Part shown: positions 20,393-29,880 of the stretch, piece by piece
How positions within the stretch are numbered: position 1 is the stretch's first letter
How the letters are laid out: the number at the start of each line of letters is the position of its first letter
NCBI GenBank assembly: GCA_965205945.1
Contig: CBDBIB010000003.1
Coordinates: 192,001-256,000, forward strand
Length of the DNA stretch: 64,000 bases
Source: Bdellovibrionales bacterium
GTDB taxonomy: Bacteria > Bdellovibrionota > Bdellovibrionia > Bdellovibrionales > UBA1609
Direction: 5' to 3'
Translations under genes and position numbers: made by a program
The notes under the pieces: generated by a model
The model's database searches: none
What the model saw: the letters and a program-made list of their open reading frames with translations, nothing else
Told to the model about the DNA's origin: nothing

Positions 20393-21109
20393 TTAGTTTT
20401 CATTTTCAACCTGCTCGTTCTTTTCGGTTCCTCTTAATTCAAGGAAGACAGTGTCTGAGTCGTGCATAGATTTTTCTTCAGCCTTTTTCTCTTCTTGCTT
20501 CTTTTTAAGTTCCTCTTCCTCTTTTAACATTGATTTTTTTTCCGCATACACACTCCCATGAGAGCATTTGGCTATCGTACTGATTGCCCTATACGTTAAT
20601 CCTGCCCGTAATAATTTGCGGATTAATTCTGAATCTCTTTCTTTTTTTCTGCCAATTAATTTTCCCTTCGCACGAGCGTTCGCTAATCCAATTTTCACCC
20701 GATCTGCTATAAGGTCTCTTTCTAGTTGAGAAATACTGGCCAAAATTGAAAAAATTGCCACTCCAACGGCGGAATTTGTATCAATTTTTTCAGTTAGACT
20801 AACAAAATGTACTTCTTTCTTTTTGAAAATTTGAAGTGCATTAAGCAAGTGGGTTGTACTTCGAGCAAAACGTGAAAAGGAATAAACAACAACTGATGAG
20901 ATTTCATCGTTATCGACGGCAGCCATCAATCGACCTAATGCTGGTCTGTTGGACTTTGTGCCGCTAATTCCTTCATCAGTAAAAAATTCTACGTCAGAAA
21001 TATTATTTTGCTCGCAGTATTGCTTGAGAACTCTGACTTGAGATTCCATGCCCGTTGCTTGGTCTACGGTACTCACCCTTGCGTAGCAGGCTACTCTTTT
21101 TTTATTCAT
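20393..21109 (-). CDS. small serine recombinase (resolvase/invertase family)
   Basis: YARVST..Q, DEGISG...RPAL, SRFARS, ERDLIADRVK.GLANARAKGK.IGR, C-terminal HTH. Confidence 0.93.
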   Translation of the reverse strand: MNKKRVACYARVSTVDQATGMESQVRVLKQYCEQNNISDVEFFTDEGISGTKSNRPALGRLMAAVDNDEISSVVVYSFSRFARSTTHLLNALQIFKKKEVHFVSLTEKIDTNSAVGVAIFSILASISQLERDLIADRVKIGLANARAKGKLIGRKKERDSELIRKLLRAGLTYRAISTIAKCSHGSVYAEKKSMLKEEEELKKKQEEKKAEEKSMHDSDTVFLELRGTEKNEQVENEN

Positions 21110-21245
21110 ACGCTCCCCCTTATTGTGAATTAAAAGAAGGTTTAGCGCTCAATTACGGGTATTTTACCTCTATTTTTGAACCCTAGACTCTCTTAGAAAG
21201 AATGATTTCATCAATAAAGCTGGAGAAGTCCCAATAACACTGGGC

Positions 21246-21581
21246 TTAATCACGCGTCATAAATATGATTTCGTCATTTTCTTGCTCTTGATAAGCTAAA
21301 AGTCTTTTTTGTATAAACAGTGGAGCATTACTGGGCGGGCATCTGTAAAATCCAATTTTAGAATAAAATCCCTCTAACTTTTTCCAAGGAATACAGCAAA
21401 CACCGGCTATCTTATTTTCGTCTAAATGCCCTTCAAATACATTCAAAAGAAGCTTTCCTATTCCTTTTTTACGGTATTGAGGGATAACAAGCATACTCCT
21501 TAACAAAGGGGTTGAGTTTTCTACGCAAAACCTTACGATACCAATAATTTCGTTTTGAGCCTCAGCAATGGCTAGAAACAC
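21246..21581 (-). CDS. GNAT acetyltransferase, probably 5'-truncated
   Basis: LRSMLVIPQYRKKGIGKLLL and FYSKIGF motifs; in-frame TAG immediately before the GTG. Confidence 0.7.
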   Translation of the reverse strand: MFLAIAEAQNEIIGIVRFCVENSTPLLRSMLVIPQYRKKGIGKLLLNVFEGHLDENKIAGVCCIPWKKLEGFYSKIGFYRCPPSNAPLFIQKRLLAYQEQENDEIIFMTRD

Positions 21582-21793
21582 CTAGATTGCTCCTCAGAAG
21601 CAATCTGCTACATAAAGGGAGTTTTATGACTTTTGGAGTATTTTTAGCCTCCTAAAAGCCAATAAAATCAATGCCATCAGGACTGATAAAAGGATTGGGT
21701 TTTAAGAAGAAATTTTTACAGACCAGCTTGAAATAAATGATATTTCGTGCCATAAAGCTCTGAATAATCAAATTAATTTCTGAGGTAAATGTA

Positions 21794-22306
21794 ATGAAAC
21801 TTTTTATTTTTGCAATCGGCATTTTTTCGAGCGTATCAGTGTTTGCAAATTATAAGTATGATTGCAGTAGAAAAATGATTGCATTAGGACTTTCCCATCC
21901 AAAACAGATTGATTGGGTGTGTAGAAATTCCACACGATATACAGTTGAAGTTATCAACTATGCGATATCAGCGAATTTGAATAGAGTAGATTCTCTTGCT
22001 TTTGTTGCTGGAGGAAAAGCCACAGGATGGACCAAGTATTGCTTGAACTTACTTATCCACCACAGTGGATACACAAGGGTGGACAGCTTGGGGATGCTAT
22101 GCAGAGATGTTTCACGAGACTCCTATTCTTCAATTTATAGGTATATACAAAATGGTATGAATCCCGACTATTTGTCTGTTGAGCTTGCGTATATTTACTC
22201 CAAAGATTCATTACGTTCGTTTTTACAAACTTTTCGAGAGTTGAAAGAACGTGATTTTTGCTCAGTTGCTAATTGTCCCCCTGAACTAGATTTAGAAAAT
22301 CTTTAA
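21794..22306 (+). CDS. hypothetical secreted protein with ~30-aa internal repeats
   Basis: GAGGT RBS, signal peptide ending SVFA, RVDSL repeated 31 aa apart. Confidence 0.7.
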   Translation: MKLFIFAIGIFSSVSVFANYKYDCSRKMIALGLSHPKQIDWVCRNSTRYTVEVINYAISANLNRVDSLAFVAGGKATGWTKYCLNLLIHHSGYTRVDSLGMLCRDVSRDSYSSIYRYIQNGMNPDYLSVELAYIYSKDSLRSFLQTFRELKERDFCSVANCPPELDLENL

Positions 22307-22333
22307 AGATTCATTGATCATAATTCACTTCAT

Positions 22334-22540
22334 TTAATGGATAGGAAGAATAAAGCACCTTTTAGAAGCGCGAGAGAGCAAAAATCGGGGGATTCTGCCG
22401 TGCTCAATATGATTAATGCTATACCCTGTGCGGTTTATGTATTTTCCTGCATCACGCATAGACAGTCCAGCCTTCTCACGCAAGTAAGCTAGAGTTTTAG
22501 TTTTCATTGTTATTCGTCTTTCAGCACTTCTTTTACTCAT
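22334..22540 (-). CDS. XRE-family HTH regulator, likely C-terminally truncated
   Basis: LAYLREKAGLSMRDAG...SINHIEHGR; AAGGA RBS. Confidence 0.7.
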   Translation of the reverse strand: MSKRSAERRITMKTKTLAYLREKAGLSMRDAGKYINRTGYSINHIEHGRIPRFLLSRASKRCFILPIH

Positions 22541-22603
22541 TTTATTTTCCTTTCAATGTTAAAAAGTGCTCTTTGACCCAAGTGGTGTATAAAAAACCAC
22601 CCG

Positions 22604-22665
22604 TCTACACAGGTAGATAAAAATGCTCTCTATTAAAAACTAAGAGCAAACTACACATGTAGTTT
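22604..22665. promoter_or_regulatory. pair of palindromic operator-like sites CTACACAnGTAG
   Basis: TCTACACAGGTAGA (22604-17) and AAACTACACATGTAGTTT (22648-65) upstream of the XRE gene. Confidence 0.45.
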
Positions 22666-22856
22666 TTGATCTGATTTCAACGAAAAATTTTTTCACCAAA
22701 ATTTATTTTGCTAAGAGTTTGCTAGCCCTAGTTAATTGCAGTGACGTAGTGTGGTTTCTTGTGACGTTTGCAAAGTGAACTCGAACGTATCTAATGAACA
22801 GCTCTTGAATGATTACTAATAGTTATGTGAAGCCAATCAAATTGGGGGGAGTATTA

Positions 22857-23206
22857 TGGTGGAGGCGGGGGGAATTGAACCCCCGTCCGTAAATGATTCA
22901 CATTAAGGCGCTACACGCTTAGTCTGTAATTTATGACGGAGGCGAGGCGAATACAGACACTCTCAACGCAACCCTTTCTTGCTTTATTTAAACTAAACAT
23001 TGCAAGTAAAAATGTTTAGTCGAGGCCGCTAAAGTGGCGACAAATACTGACCTCGCAGCCGCAGGAAAGCTTGTCGGCTACCTTATATTAGGCAGCTAGT
23101 TGTAGATCGTTGCCGATTACGGTTTTGCATGTTTTTATCGAGGACCTCATGCTCCCCGGCGTGCTCCTTAAGTTGCAGCATCCACGTCGAAACCAAATGC
23201 GCCCCC
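22857..23206 (-). ncRNA. ssrA: transfer-messenger RNA
   Basis: 5' GGGGGCGCATTTGGTTTCGAC; 3' GGACGGGGGTTCAATTCCCCCCGCCTCCACCA; tag frame GNDLQLAA* at 23114-23088. Confidence 0.97.
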
Positions 23207-23455
23207 AGTTATTTACTTAACCTAACATGTTATAGCGTTTTTATCTAGTGCTATTTTTAAAAGCAACATTTTAGGTTTATAGATTTAGTAAAAAACTGCG
23301 GTTTTTTACTATTAGCTTTTAGAAAACTTAAATACTTAGGCTGTCGATTGATAGGGTATTTTCTAGGATTAGAAAAGTATTGGTGTTTTCAAAAGGTCTT
23401 AGAATACCAACTCACTAAGACTAGATTAATTATTTTTTTCATTTAATAAGGATGT

Positions 23456-24208
23456 ATGGATTTTAAAGCTCCCCTTAAAAAAGGTATTTTACTTAAACGT
23501 TATAAACGGTTCTTTGTAGATATTAAATTTAAAGATGAGATAATAACAGCTCATCTTCCTAATACTGGAAGTATGAAAACAATACCTCTTACTAACGTTC
23601 CCTGTTATTTTTCAACATCAAATGATCCAAAAAGAAAACTAAAATATACTTTAGAGTTTGTAGAAACTCCTACAGGGCTTGCAGGTGTAAATACAAGAAC
23701 TCCAAATACTATTACACACGAAGCTTTACTTAAAGGTTTAAATAAGAAGTTTGCTCATGTGCAAGCTGAAGTAAAAGTTACAGGTGAAACTAGAATTGAT
23801 TTTGTATTGTGGACATGGACTGGAGATAAAATAAAAGAACCTAAGAAATTACGGTATCCAGATTATTTATCTGATAAAAATCTAAGATTGCACTTTATAG
23901 AAGTTAAGAACATAAGTATGGCAGAAGGAAGTATTGCAAGTTTTCCTGATAGTGTTACTTTTAGAGGGACTAAGCATTTAAATGAATTGATTTTTTTACA
24001 AAAATCTGGACATACTACGCAAATTCTTTTTGTAGTACAAAGAGAAAATATTAAAACCTTTACCCCAGCCTTAAAGATTGACCCAGTTTATACGAGCACT
24101 TTAAAACTCGCTAAGAAAGAAAATGTTATTATCTCTGCGTTTCCAGCTGAAATGACAAATAAAAAAGTCCGCCTTAACTGGACGAACCCTATTAAAATTA
24201 GTTTATGA
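23456..24208 (+). CDS. sfsA: DNA/RNA nuclease SfsA
   Basis: KRYKRF, HLPNTGSM, RIDF, IEVK, FPD..T.RG.KHL.EL. Confidence 0.93.
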   Translation: MDFKAPLKKGILLKRYKRFFVDIKFKDEIITAHLPNTGSMKTIPLTNVPCYFSTSNDPKRKLKYTLEFVETPTGLAGVNTRTPNTITHEALLKGLNKKFAHVQAEVKVTGETRIDFVLWTWTGDKIKEPKKLRYPDYLSDKNLRLHFIEVKNISMAEGSIASFPDSVTFRGTKHLNELIFLQKSGHTTQILFVVQRENIKTFTPALKIDPVYTSTLKLAKKENVIISAFPAEMTNKKVRLNWTNPIKISL

Positions 24209-24214
24209 TGTTAC

Positions 24215-24997
24215 TTATTTTTTAGCGCTTAAATGTCTATCTATAATTTCTTTAAATTTTTCAACAGGATATGCTCCTTTTAAGAAAACACCATTTACAA
24301 CAAATGCTGGTGTTCCAGTAATTTTATATTTTTCAGCTTCTTTTCTATCAGCCGCAAGCCTTGCTTGAACTTCGTCATTTTTAGTATTTGCAAAAACTTT
24401 TGCAGCATCTTTACCCATTATATCCTTAACTATTTTTTTAAGATAGTCAGGGCCACCATTTCTTAAAGCTCCTTGATCCTCAAAAACTTTATCGTGAAAA
24501 GTATATGCTTTGTGTTTATCTATCATAGCAATGGCCTCAAAAACTTCTGCAGCAGGAAGTGACATTGGAGCACCCGTTACAAGTAAATGTTTGTACATAA
24601 ATCTAATTTTATTTTTATACTCTTTTTCCATGAGTTTTTTAAGAGTGTTAAAGCCTCTTCCGCAGTATCCACATTGAAAATCAGAATATTCAACAATAGT
24701 AATTGGAGCTTTTGCAGGGCCACTTAGAGCTCTTTTTTCATCAATTTCAGGTTTTACTGGATTGGTAAATTGGTTTTCCATTTCTGTTTGTGCATTTTTT
24801 TCTTCATTAGAGCGTCTTTGTTCTTGAGCAGCTCTTGAGACTTCTTTTAAGGCCTCCATAAACTTAGTTGGGTTTTTTTTCATCATTTCAGTTAAAATGT
24901 CAGGATTTTTTTGAATTGTGTCTTCAATGATTTTTGAACATCCAAATAGTCCTAAAATAGATAAAGTTAGTATTGTTTTTAAAATAAATTTTTCCAT
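24215..24997 (-). CDS. DsbA-family thioredoxin-fold lipoprotein
   Basis: Lipobox LFGC, EYSDFQCGYC, GTPAF. Confidence 0.9.
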   Translation of the reverse strand: MEKFILKTILTLSILGLFGCSKIIEDTIQKNPDILTEMMKKNPTKFMEALKEVSRAAQEQRRSNEEKNAQTEMENQFTNPVKPEIDEKRALSGPAKAPITIVEYSDFQCGYCGRGFNTLKKLMEKEYKNKIRFMYKHLLVTGAPMSLPAAEVFEAIAMIDKHKAYTFHDKVFEDQGALRNGGPDYLKKIVKDIMGKDAAKVFANTKNDEVQARLAADRKEAEKYKITGTPAFVVNGVFLKGAYPVEKFKEIIDRHLSAKK

Positions 24998-25121
24998 TAT
25001 GATTGTCTCCTCTGTGTATGATTAAAGCTTATTTCAAATAATAAGTATGGAGTTTCTCTTTTTTTTTTTTTTCTGTCTACTTACTTGACTCATCGGTGCC
25101 ATATTTAGGAAAATCATTCTT

Positions 25122-25766
25122 ATGAATAAGATAATTAGACAGTTTTTAATAGTTTTTCTTTTATTTTTATACTCAACCTCGACTTTAGCCGTAAGTTATA
25201 ATTATACAACGCTTATTTTTAAGGATTACCCTGATCTAAAACCCTTAGTGAATAACGCCCTTAGTGAAAGTCGGCGCTTTAGGTACCCTCAAGATGGGTT
25301 AAGAGCTGTTTCTCCTTTAAAAAAATCTTTACGAATGCTTCTTTCTAGACCTGATGGGGATAATCTAATTTCAAAGCTTAGCTCTGAACTTATTAGGGAT
25401 CTTGAATCAATGGGTGTTTTTCATGCTACAGTTGATGAGCTTATTTCTCAGGGAAAGGAAGATGTCTTTAATAAGGCTTTAAGTTCTAAGGTTCGAACCA
25501 CGTCGCTAATTATGCTAAACAATTTATTATTTTTAATACGACCACGAACACTTAAAAGCCTTCCACTAGCTAAAAGTGTTTGTAAACTTGCTGACGAAAA
25601 TTTAAAAATCCCACGAAAAATTCTACACACTGCTGAGCTTACAACAATGTTTAAGGAAGTTTCTCCGACTAATTTGGCTAAAAAAATTATGTATTGGTAT
25701 GCAAAACAAAAGAATAAGAAAGTTCAATCTTTGAAAAAAGGCTGTCCTTTTTCAAAAAGAACTTAG
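25122..25766 (+). CDS. hypothetical secreted protein
   Basis: 214-aa ORF with signal peptide (…STSTLA). Confidence 0.65.
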   Translation: MNKIIRQFLIVFLLFLYSTSTLAVSYNYTTLIFKDYPDLKPLVNNALSESRRFRYPQDGLRAVSPLKKSLRMLLSRPDGDNLISKLSSELIRDLESMGVFHATVDELISQGKEDVFNKALSSKVRTTSLIMLNNLLFLIRPRTLKSLPLAKSVCKLADENLKIPRKILHTAELTTMFKEVSPTNLAKKIMYWYAKQKNKKVQSLKKGCPFSKRT

Positions 25767-25776
25767 AATAAAAGAG

Positions 25777-26271
25777 CTACCAAATTAGTCCTCTTTGTCG
25801 TTTATAAAAAAAGTAGTCTAAACCTCCAACCCGCCCTGATCCAAAGACTAAAAGAGATGAGAGAATTATCATGAGTGGGAATATTTGAACCTGCTCAACA
25901 GGTCCTGATATAAACGAAATGATATATAAATAAAGTATAGCAATAATTGCTCCTGGACGATTTAAAAATCCTATTAAAAAAATAAATCCAAGAAGCCATT
26001 CAATTTTTACAATAACACTTGCTGAAAACGCCCAGTTTTCTTGCATATAATCAATAAAGAAAGTTTGCACCCACACAGGAGGATCTAAAGAGTATAAAAA
26101 TTCATCAATAAGTGCTGATATTTTTGGTTTATTTAAAAACCCCTCATTTAATTTCTCTGCATATCTGGAAAAAAAGAAATAACTTACGTAAAGCCTTAAA
26201 ATCAGTATAGGCCATAAATGATTTATATACCGTAAGCTTTCTACTTGATCTTTAATTAATTTCACCCACAC
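25777..26271 (-). CDS. DoxX-family membrane protein
   Basis: LRLYV..FF, EWLLG..FLIGFLNR, GSGRVGGLD pattern. Confidence 0.75.
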   Translation of the reverse strand: MWVKLIKDQVESLRYINHLWPILILRLYVSYFFFSRYAEKLNEGFLNKPKISALIDEFLYSLDPPVWVQTFFIDYMQENWAFSASVIVKIEWLLGFIFLIGFLNRPGAIIAILYLYIISFISGPVEQVQIFPLMIILSSLLVFGSGRVGGLDYFFYKRQRGLIW

Positions 26272-26273
26272 CT

Positions 26274-26921
26274 CTAGTTTAATGAATTATAATAATAACA
26301 TTTTTTCTTAAAGCTACAGTTTATGCAATGGGGATTCACTGCTCTACAGACTTTTCGCCCATGAAATATCATCCAGTGTGCAAACTTTACCCAGTACTTT
26401 TTATGGAGTATTGCCATAAGTTCTCGTTCAATAATGACAGGGTTTTCACTTTTAGTAAGTCCAAGTCTTTTTGAAAGCCTTTTAACATGAGTATCTACAA
26501 CAATTCCTTCAGGTTTATTAAAAATTTCACCCAACACAACATTTGCTGTTTTTCGACCAACACCAGGAAGCTTTATAAGGCTATTAAGTTTATCTGGTAC
26601 TTTACTTGAATACTCATTCACCAATTTTTGACAAAGACCTTTTATATTCTTAGCCTTACTTTTATATAATCCAATTGATTTTATTTCTTCTTGGATATCT
26701 TGGCTACTAAGTTTTGCAACTTCTTCAGGAAATTTATATTTTTTAAAAAAATTCTTGGTTACTTTATTTACTGTAACGTCCATACATTGAGCACTTAATA
26801 CTGTTGCTACTAGTAGCTCTATGGGGCTTGAGTACACCAATTGGCAGTAGGCATCTGGATATAGATGTTTTAATTTAGTGGTTACATATTTAGTTTGTTG
26901 TTTTAATTTTTCATCATTCAC
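26274..26921 (-). CDS. nth: endonuclease III
   Basis: LLVATVLSAQC, LPGVGRKTANVV, VDTHV, C-x6-C-x2-C-x5-C; start near 26921 is uncertain. Confidence 0.93.
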   Translation of the reverse strand: MNDEKLKQQTKYVTTKLKHLYPDAYCQLVYSSPIELLVATVLSAQCMDVTVNKVTKNFFKKYKFPEEVAKLSSQDIQEEIKSIGLYKSKAKNIKGLCQKLVNEYSSKVPDKLNSLIKLPGVGRKTANVVLGEIFNKPEGIVVDTHVKRLSKRLGLTKSENPVIIERELMAILHKKYWVKFAHWMIFHGRKVCRAVNPHCINCSFKKKCYYYNSLN

Positions 26922-27010
26922 AATTAATAAAATAGTAACACTTTTATTAGACAAATCACTCTTGTGCGCGTTATTTTCTTTTAAAACATACAATAGTGAG
27001 GGTTTATTAT

Positions 27011-27667
27011 ATGAAAAAGATTGCTGTTATTTTATCTGGTTGTGGATATTTAGATGGTTCAGAAATTACTGAATCCGTATCTTTCTTTATAGAATTGAGT
27101 AAAAATAATATTCTTTATGATATCTATGCACCTAATCAAAGTTTTTATCCTGCTCCTCACTTAGATGGAGATCTTCTTAAGCCTTCACCAAGAAATGTTA
27201 TGGAGGAATCTGCGCGCATCACACGAGGCAATATTCGTGATTTAGAAGAGTTAAACCCTTTAGAATACGACGGTCTTTCACTTCCAGGTGGCTATGGTGT
27301 TGCAAAAAATCTTTCAACTTGGATGCAGGATGGGCATAGGTGTTTAGTAAATAAAAACCTTAAAGATGTAGTTTTAAACTTTTTTTCCAATTCAAAGCCA
27401 ATTTTAGCGATTTGTGTTGCGCCTATTATTGTGGCAAAAATATTGTGCAGCCAAATTCGCCCTACTATTACCATTGGAGATGATTTAGACACCATTTCTG
27501 AAATTGAGAAGATGAATATAGATCATATTAAATGCAATGTAATTGATTTTGTTACTGATAGAGAGTCTAAAATTATTTCAACTCCAGCATATATGTGTAA
27601 AGCAAAAGCGCACGAAGTATTTAAAGGCATTCAAAAAGCCACTTCTGAATTTTTAGCAATGTGTTAA
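27011..27667 (+). CDS. elbB: ElbB/ES1-family (DJ-1/PfpI) glyoxalase
   Basis: ILSGCGYLDGSEI.E, RNVMEESARI.RG, PGGYGVAKNLS, STPAYM. Confidence 0.9.
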   Translation: MKKIAVILSGCGYLDGSEITESVSFFIELSKNNILYDIYAPNQSFYPAPHLDGDLLKPSPRNVMEESARITRGNIRDLEELNPLEYDGLSLPGGYGVAKNLSTWMQDGHRCLVNKNLKDVVLNFFSNSKPILAICVAPIIVAKILCSQIRPTITIGDDLDTISEIEKMNIDHIKCNVIDFVTDRESKIISTPAYMCKAKAHEVFKGIQKATSEFLAMC

Positions 27668-27725
27668 AATTGCTTTCTTTAAAAAAAAAGAATTTTAAAT
27701 ACCACTTAACAGTGGAGTGGTAAAT

Positions 27726-28847
27726 CTAAGACCAAGTTTGATTTCCTTTTCCAGTCCATTTTCCTCTTGGGCGGTAAATTCTATTGTTGGCATATTGTTC
27801 AAAAGTATGTGCAAGCCAGCCAGAAGTTCTTGAAACTACAAAAATTGGAGTAAACAAATCCATAGGAAAACCCATAGAATAATAAACTGTAGCAGAGTAA
27901 AAATCTACGTTTGGTAAAAGTCCTTTTTGAGAAATCACTGTTTTTTCAATAATATCAGAAATCTTATACCACTTAGAGTTTTGTGTATTCTGAGAAAGGT
28001 TTTCACTCATATTTTTTAAGATAGGAGCTCTTGGGTCACCATTTTTATAAACTCTATGGCCAAAACCCATTATTTTAATTTTCTTTTTAAGAGCTTTTTT
28101 AACCCATAGGGCGGCTTCTTTAACTTCGTTGATTTCAAAAAGCATATGCATCACTTGCTCATTAGCACCACCATGGAGAGGGCCTTTTAAAGAACCAATA
28201 CCTGATGTTATTGCAGAGTATATATCACTTAAAGAAGATGCTGTAACTCTAGTAGAAAAAGTAGAGCAGTTAAGTTCATGATCTGCATGTAAAATTAAAC
28301 ATGTATCCATAATCTTAACTGTTTTTGTAGAGGGCTTTTTGCCTTCCATCATATAAAGAAAATTCCAAGCTATTGTTTTTCCCTTAATAGGTTGAATAAA
28401 CTCTTTGCCCTCTCTTTTTCTATGAAAAAATGAAACTAATGTAGACATTTTAGACATTAATTTAATGCCTACTCTTCTTTGGTTTTTCTCAGAAAGATCC
28501 TGGGATTCAGGGTCCCAAAGGCTTAAAGCCGAAACTGCTGATCTTAACCATGCCATTGGGTGAACATCTTTTACGGGTAAAGTATTTAAAAAAGAAATAG
28601 TTTGTTCACTTAATTGAGCATTATTAGAAAGTTCATTTAAAAAAAAAGTTATTTCAGGTGCTGTTGGTCGCTTATCATTCCACAAAAGCCATATAACTTC
28701 TTCAAAACTAGCGTTTTCAGCCAGCGACTCTATTGTATGCCCTCTATAACATAAAACCGCATCAATAATTGATGAGATAGATGTTGTACAAGCTACAACT
28801 CCTTCTAAACCCTTATCTAAAGCACCTTCATATACTTTTATAGGCAC
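27726..28847 (-). CDS. citrate synthase family (CitZ/PrpC-like)
   Basis: GLEGVVA, ADHELN, GPLHGGAN, GFGHRVY, PNVDF. Confidence 0.93.
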   Translation of the reverse strand: MPIKVYEGALDKGLEGVVACTTSISSIIDAVLCYRGHTIESLAENASFEEVIWLLWNDKRPTAPEITFFLNELSNNAQLSEQTISFLNTLPVKDVHPMAWLRSAVSALSLWDPESQDLSEKNQRRVGIKLMSKMSTLVSFFHRKREGKEFIQPIKGKTIAWNFLYMMEGKKPSTKTVKIMDTCLILHADHELNCSTFSTRVTASSLSDIYSAITSGIGSLKGPLHGGANEQVMHMLFEINEVKEAALWVKKALKKKIKIMGFGHRVYKNGDPRAPILKNMSENLSQNTQNSKWYKISDIIEKTVISQKGLLPNVDFYSATVYYSMGFPMDLFTPIFVVSRTSGWLAHTFEQYANNRIYRPRGKWTGKGNQTWS

Positions 28848-28861
28848 ACTAAAACTCTCCT

Positions 28862-29725
28862 TTAAACTAATTTTATGATATTATTTCCTACTGAGACTAC
28901 AATAAGGGAAACATCTTGCATAGGCTTACGGCTATCTAAATGCTGGTCTAATTTATAAAAAATATCATTTCTTAAGTCATGAACTGATTGTTTTAAGGGT
29001 ATTTTTGATAAAGCTTTTAAAATTGGCATGGACGTAAAAGCAGCCCCTTTAGAGTTGGACATTGTTATTAGCCCTGGGGAGGCGATAACAATTCTATCAT
29101 AGGGTTTTAATTTAATGATTTTTTTATCATCAAATTCTTTAAAGTCCACAGTCTTTCCTGTTTCTCCATCTTGAAAAAAACAAGAAACGGCTCCATGTAT
29201 TTTATACGTAAGTTCATAGGTTTTTTTATCAATAAGCATACAGGCAATTTGTATGTCTTTAGTGCTTTCTTTTTTTGTTTTAATTTCCTCTAAAACTTTA
29301 TTGATAAAATATACCGGCGATGGGGTTGTGCCACCATCTAAACTTCTCCCATGTTTTAATAAAAAGGCTATTAATAAAGCTGTTAAAGACGGCCCTGTAG
29401 AAGAAGACAGAATTAGATTAAATTTAAACCTTTCTTTTTGTTCAAAAATATCTAAATAATCTCCATTAAAATGTATTCCTGATAAAAATTTCGTACTAAA
29501 GTGAAAGCCTGAGATGTGAGGAAATTGCGTGGGAACAAGATACTTAAAAATACTTTGAACCAAGTTTAAATCATCGCTTAAGCCTAGTAAAATTTTTGAC
29601 ACCTTCATATTTAAACGTTTAACTTCAATTTTATATGTGCTTAAATCTTGTTCTCGTTCTAAGAGCTGTTCCTTAACTTTTCTTAACTTTTGTTCTAAAG
29701 CCTCTATTTTAGGATCAAATTCCAT
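28862..29725 (-). CDS. coiled-coil plus SpoIIE/PP2C-like domain protein (degenerate)
   Basis: N-terminal coiled coil, 'P..FP.ISGF', GDYLD, LKPYDRIVI.S.G, QDVSLIVV. Confidence 0.65.
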   Translation of the reverse strand: MEFDPKIEALEQKLRKVKEQLLEREQDLSTYKIEVKRLNMKVSKILLGLSDDLNLVQSIFKYLVPTQFPHISGFHFSTKFLSGIHFNGDYLDIFEQKERFKFNLILSSSTGPSLTALLIAFLLKHGRSLDGGTTPSPVYFINKVLEEIKTKKESTKDIQIACMLIDKKTYELTYKIHGAVSCFFQDGETGKTVDFKEFDDKKIIKLKPYDRIVIASPGLITMSNSKGAAFTSMPILKALSKIPLKQSVHDLRNDIFYKLDQHLDSRKPMQDVSLIVVSVGNNIIKLV

Positions 29726-29880
29726 ATTTACCTCTAAATTACTTTGAATAATCAGTATACTCTTAATTGTAGAGTCAACAAACATATTGTATCAATATAA
29801 CTAAAGAAAATATTTTTATATCTAAAGGGTGGGAGGCAAAGATTAGAAACATTAATGAGCTTGCTAAAGATCCAATACTC

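Noticed and set aside
11752..21109. Resolvase (20393-21109) and integrase C-terminal fragment as two halves of one split integrase
   Set aside because: The resolvase is complete with its own HTH, and the two lie in separate islands divided by core genes.
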